Shown: piece after piece, positions 59,406 to 64,000 of the stretch | Position numbering within the stretch: position 1 is the stretch's first letter | Layout: every line of letters begins with the position of its first letter | NCBI GenBank assembly: GCA_964016885.1 | Contig: OZ024741.1 | Location: forward strand, 297,042,001 to 297,106,000 | Reading direction: 5' to 3' | Length of the DNA: 64,000 bases | Source: Eledone cirrhosa | Taxonomy: Eukaryota | The notes under the pieces: model-generated | The model's input: only the letters and a program-made list of their open reading frames with translations | Database searches by the model: none | What the model was told of the DNA's origin: nothing | Made by a program: the position numbers and the translations under genes

Positions 59406-60002
59406 ATGATGATAAGCATTGTCAAAACTGAGAGAAAATACATAAATATAAAGACTTTAAAACAAACATAGAAGTGGTTTTAGCCAGTTTGGTATCTAAA
59501 GGGTTAACTATAAAGCTATCTATGTATGTTACATTTTAGCATAAACAACTTACCTATCATCAATTAAATAATTTGTATTTACACGTGTTATTACACAGCT
59601 GCAAGTCTTTCTTCATTGCCTTGACCACAAATTTTAGTCAACACAACCCAATTGAGAGGCTGTAAATGAGTTCACACTTTATACTAATAATAAACAACAT
59701 GCAAACAAAGAAACTACATTAAACCATATGCAAGGCACATTACTACTACAACCACTACGATTACCATCACTACTACTCCCACCACCACTACCACACTACT
59801 ACTACCACCACTACTACCATTACTACCACCACCACCACCACTGCTGCTGCTACTGCTGCTAAAGACACACAGGTATAATAATAAGTAAAGTTAAGATAGA
59901 CAAAAAATGTCAAGGGCCAAAAATTAGATAGAGTCACAAAGTGTAGATAATAACAGTTCATTCTGATAAGAAAAAGCCAGTCATTAATTTGACAACACCA
60001 AA

Positions 60003-60390
60003 TTTTGAGGCATAACACAGCTCATCTTAACCTTTTGAGGCATAACACAGCTCATCTTAACCTTTTGAGGCATAACACAACTCATTTTAACATTTTGAGG
60101 CATAAGACAGCTCATTTAAACCTTTTGAGGCATAACATGGCTCATTTTACCCTTTTGGGGCATAACACAACTCATTTTAACCTTTTGAGACATATCACAG
60201 ATCATTTTAACCTTTTGAGACATAACACAGCTTATTTTAACCTTTTGAGGCATATCACAGATCATTTTAACCTTTTGAGGCATAACACAGCTTATTTTAA
60301 CCTTTTGAGGCATATCACAGATCATTTTAACCTTTGAGGCATAACACAGTTTATTTTAACCTTTTGAAGCATAACTAAGCCCATTTTAAC
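60003..60390. repeat. 30-bp minisatellite, 13 units
   Basis: TTTTGAGGCATAACACAGCTCATTTTAACC tandem. Confidence 0.95.
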
Positions 60391-60689
60391 CCTTGTTTTT
60401 ACAGTTTAGTAAGGAAGGATAATGCCCATGACATTTTTCAGAGCCTCTAAGATTGGTGGGAGGAAAGGAGGGAGTTATTTGCAAATCAGGCAATGGATTA
60501 ACCCTTTTGCTACCATATTTCTAATGAAAGATACTGTCAATGTGTTTCAATTAATTTTGAAAATAACCAAACGTTTTGAGGAATTTCATAAAATAACCAA
60601 CTTCTTCATTAGCAAGTTGATGTTTGGAACATATCAATAACATTATGACAGAAAGATTTAATATAAGTATAAACACTTTAAACAGTCAC

Positions 60690-60789
60690 CTTAGGAGATG
60701 CATCAATGGAACCAGTTATTTTATTCTTATCTTCTGGCTTAGAAACAGTTACCATTTTATTTTCTTCATCCTTCTTCAAAGATGGCAAC
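60690..60789 (-). CDS. USP8: Probable USP8 linker exon (LPSLKKDEENKMVTVSKPEDKNKITGSIDASPK)
   Basis: ttttgtttgatttacag acceptor, AAG|GTGACT donor; ends in phase 0, matching 57577; no conserved motif. Confidence 0.65.
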
Positions 60790-60829
60790 CTGTAAATCAA
60801 ACAAAACAAGGTAACAACAACAATAATGC

Positions 60830-62900
60830 ATGCCACGCAAGCAGAAAAAAAAACCACCCCAAAAGTGCAATTTGGGAAACTTCAGCAGTCCGACTTGCCA
60901 GGAAAGAACGTCGGAATACTGAACGGGAATATAAACTGCATAAATCAAATGCCAACAGAAAAAAGCGGAATAAATCTTCCAGCCATCTCAAGCAAGTGAC
61001 AAAAAAGGCAGTGCTTGAATTTGAACAGTGCATAGCAACCAATCCTGACAGTAAGGTGTTCTGGAAATATGTACATTCAAAGCAGAGACCCCACTCTCCA
61101 GTTGGTCCTCTTCGTAATCCCCACACAAGCCAGATCACTGACGATCGCAAAGAATGCGCAGAAGTCATTGCTGAGTGCTATGCAAGCATTTTTACTGTTG
61201 AAAACAAGAATGTACCATCTCCACCATCTCTAACATCAAATTCCATAACAACTATAGAATTTACACCTGCAATGCTGCGACATCACCTTAAGAATAAGCG
61301 CAACTATGCCTCCCCTGGTCTTGATGGTGTTACATACCTGCTTCTCAAACGTGGTGGGTACTTCCTTTTGCACCAGCTTTCTTTCTTCTTTCAATACTGT
61401 CTCAACAATGGTGCTACTCCAGAGCAGTGGAAAACTGCCAGTGTCATTCTCCTGTTCAAAAAGGGCGACTGCACGTCACCTGTCAACTATCGTCCAGCCA
61501 GTCTTACTAGCTGTATTGCCAAACTGATGGAATCCTGTGTCAGAGAAACACTTTGAAACTTCTGGAGCTCTCACAGTCTCATCCAGCCCTCACAATTTGG
61601 ATTTATCCCTAACTCCAGCTGCTGTGATCAGCTTATCAAGTTCCTTGAAGACATTACCCGGATCACTGACAGCGGCTCATGTTGTTTACCTTGACTTCGC
61701 TAAGGCTTTTAATTCTGTGCCACACAAAAGACTTATGGCGAAACTCTCTGCAATGGGTGTGAAGGATGATCTTTTTAACTGGTTGAAATCCTTCATTCTC
61801 AGCCGAAAAGAGGTAGTCACAGTTCTAGGACAGCATTCTTCACCATATGAGATGTCATCTGGTGTACCACAGGGATCTGTTCTTGGTCCCCTTTTATTTG
61901 TTGCATACATTAATGACATAGATGCCAACTTAAAGAATGCCACAGTACTGAAATATGCAGATGACATCAACCTGTACCTTGAAATCAAAAGGACAGATCC
62001 TGAAATCTATAACTCTTTCTATAACTCTTTCAACAGCAATGGATTGCAGACTGGCAACTGAAGCTGGCTGTGGACAAGTGTACCACCATGCATTTTGGGA
62101 GGAAAAATCCAGCGTCCACATACTCCCTCCACAACGCTGATATCAAGGTGAACGTGACCTGGGTATTACTGTCAGCAGCGATTTGCGTTGGACAAAGCAC
62201 ATCTCTAAAATTGTCAAGAAGGCCGAGGGTGTCTTGGCATCACTCAGCAAAATCTTTGTTAGCCGCTCTCCAGCCATCTATTTAAAGCTGTATGCAGCTA
62301 TGGTACAACCACACTTGGAATTCGCATCATCAGTCTGGAACCCCTATTTTGCTCAGAACATTGACCTCCTGGAAACTGTTCAGAGACGTGCAACCAAGCG
62401 CATACCCTCCATCAGACACCTACCATAATCTGAACGCCTTGCTTCCCTGGGCATGGATTCATTGAAGCTCCGACGTCTGGCAATGGACTTGGTAAACACC
62501 CACAAAGTTATTAACCATCTCGCCAACAACAACCCTGAGCACCTTTTTGATCTCCATGTGTCTAACACACGTGGGCATGCCTACAAAGTCAGAAAACAGC
62601 ACAGCTCCCATGACTTTCGGAAACATTTTTTCATGCTTAGAGTTGCTGAAGCATGGAACTAACTGCCTGCATCAGTTGTTAGTTGCCTAGACACTGCATC
62701 CTTTAAAACCCTCATTCTTCCCGAAATTCGCCAAAACTACACCTGATGTCCCCCTTGCATACACATACACACATGTATTTCATGACTCATACACTGTTCA
62801 TTTTCCTGACGTTTGTACATTACCCTATGTATTATACATACACTTTTGATAAGTTGTAGTGCACCTGAGCACTGTACACAATATTTTCATTATTATTATT
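60830..62900 (+). mobile_element. 5'-truncated CR1-clade LINE, disabled
   Basis: NYRPASLTS, YLDFAKAFNSVPH, SGVPQGSVLGPLLF, KYADD, PHLEFASSVWNP, TRGH; (ATT)n tail. Confidence 0.9.
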
Positions 62901-64000
62901 ATTATCATTATGTGCAATGTTAATATGTATGAGACAAAGCATGGATGGTGTGAGAGAAAAGATGGATATAAGTAAAATCAGATGTAGTGTACAGGAGAGA
63001 AGATTGCACTGGTATAGACATGTGATGCATATGGATGATGACTGTTGGGTGAAGAAGAGCCAAGAGATTCTAGTGGAAGGAAGCTGCAGTAGAGAGAAAC
63101 CAAGGAAGACATGGGCAGAGGTTGTGAGAGCTAATCTCAAAATCACTGAAGCTGACAAAGGACCATGATGAGTGCAGGGATGCTGTGCTGGAAAGGACAC
63201 ATCCAACCCATGCAAGCATAGAAAAGTAGATGTAAAATGGTTATAATGATGTATTTGGTGAAACAAGCAATTGTTGATGAAGTATTGCATTAATGCATTG
63301 AGCCAAGTATATCACTGGTAAAGTGGTCTTTAACGTGAGTTGATACAAACCTGAAAGGTTCACTAAAGTATGGGGGGGGGGGGATACATGTGTAAAAAAA
63401 AAGGTTCTAATACAGTGTGTCAGTAAAGTTTATCAGTTCTTCATAACATTCTAAAATTTCTACTTAAATTTTTTTTAATGAAATGATATAGCATTTTAAA
63501 TAATTTTTTTTCAATTAGTACATACATATACTTTCTATTACCAAGTTTAAGGATTCCTTATAGGTCACTCAGAAATATTTGGGGCTTGTATTCTGAAATA
63601 TTAAATTTAACGGTTCTTGGTAAGTCTCTCAGTAATATTGGGGGTTTAAATCATCAAATGTCAAATTTAAGACCTTCAGTAATATTTGGGGTTTGTGTGG
63701 TGAAAAACGTTGGAGGCTACTGCACTATTACATATTTTATTGTCAGAGATGGAATTCAAACCTAGTAGAATTTGAACCTGAAACAAGACAGATGAAACTA
63801 AATACTACAAAGCATTTAATTTGCCCTTGATAGGTTTGATACTGAGTGCTACATGGCTGGAATGAAAATCAGTGCTGCAAAAACTGAGCCACTTGTCCTC
63901 TCAAGGAAGCCTTAGCAGTGCACTCTACATGTGAATGGAGTTTCACTGAAGCAGGTAGAGAAATTCAAGTATTTTGGGGCCATGTTCACAAGTGACGGAG

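Noticed and set aside
60624-61556. 310-aa ORF as a novel gene
   Set aside because: Read-through of MITE and antisense USP8 exon sequence into the CR1 ORF2 remnant

Overview
AT-rich, repeat-dense animal genomic DNA. The SINE/RTE complement and (TA)n/(ATG)n tracts look cephalopod (Octopus-like), but that is inference. Host genes: (1) the 3' part of USP8/UBPY on the minus strand, reconstructed by hand as 15 frame-consistent GT-AG exons from 60789 to 21528 (about 599 codons: WW domain, 14-3-3 motif RSHSSP, SH3-binding PIVDRSTKP, complete Cys/His/Asp catalytic domain); (2) the last three coding exons of an unidentified acidic protein on the plus strand (199-10860). Most of the remainder is mobile DNA: several RTE LINE families, a CR1 LINE, tRNA-derived SINEs, hAT and other DNA transposon relics, piggyBac-type MITEs and minisatellites. 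Two signals stand out. First, five families of (TA)n-flanked Penelope-like element ends, four of them folded back as palindromes or inverted repeats, carry hammerhead ribozyme motifs, one with compensatory stem I changes between copies. Second, a 2.3-kb unclassified insertion splits an RTE ORF and carries a compact TATA-intron-ORF-polyA minigene resembling a SPOP-type BACK domain. All calls were made by eye; no database searches were run.
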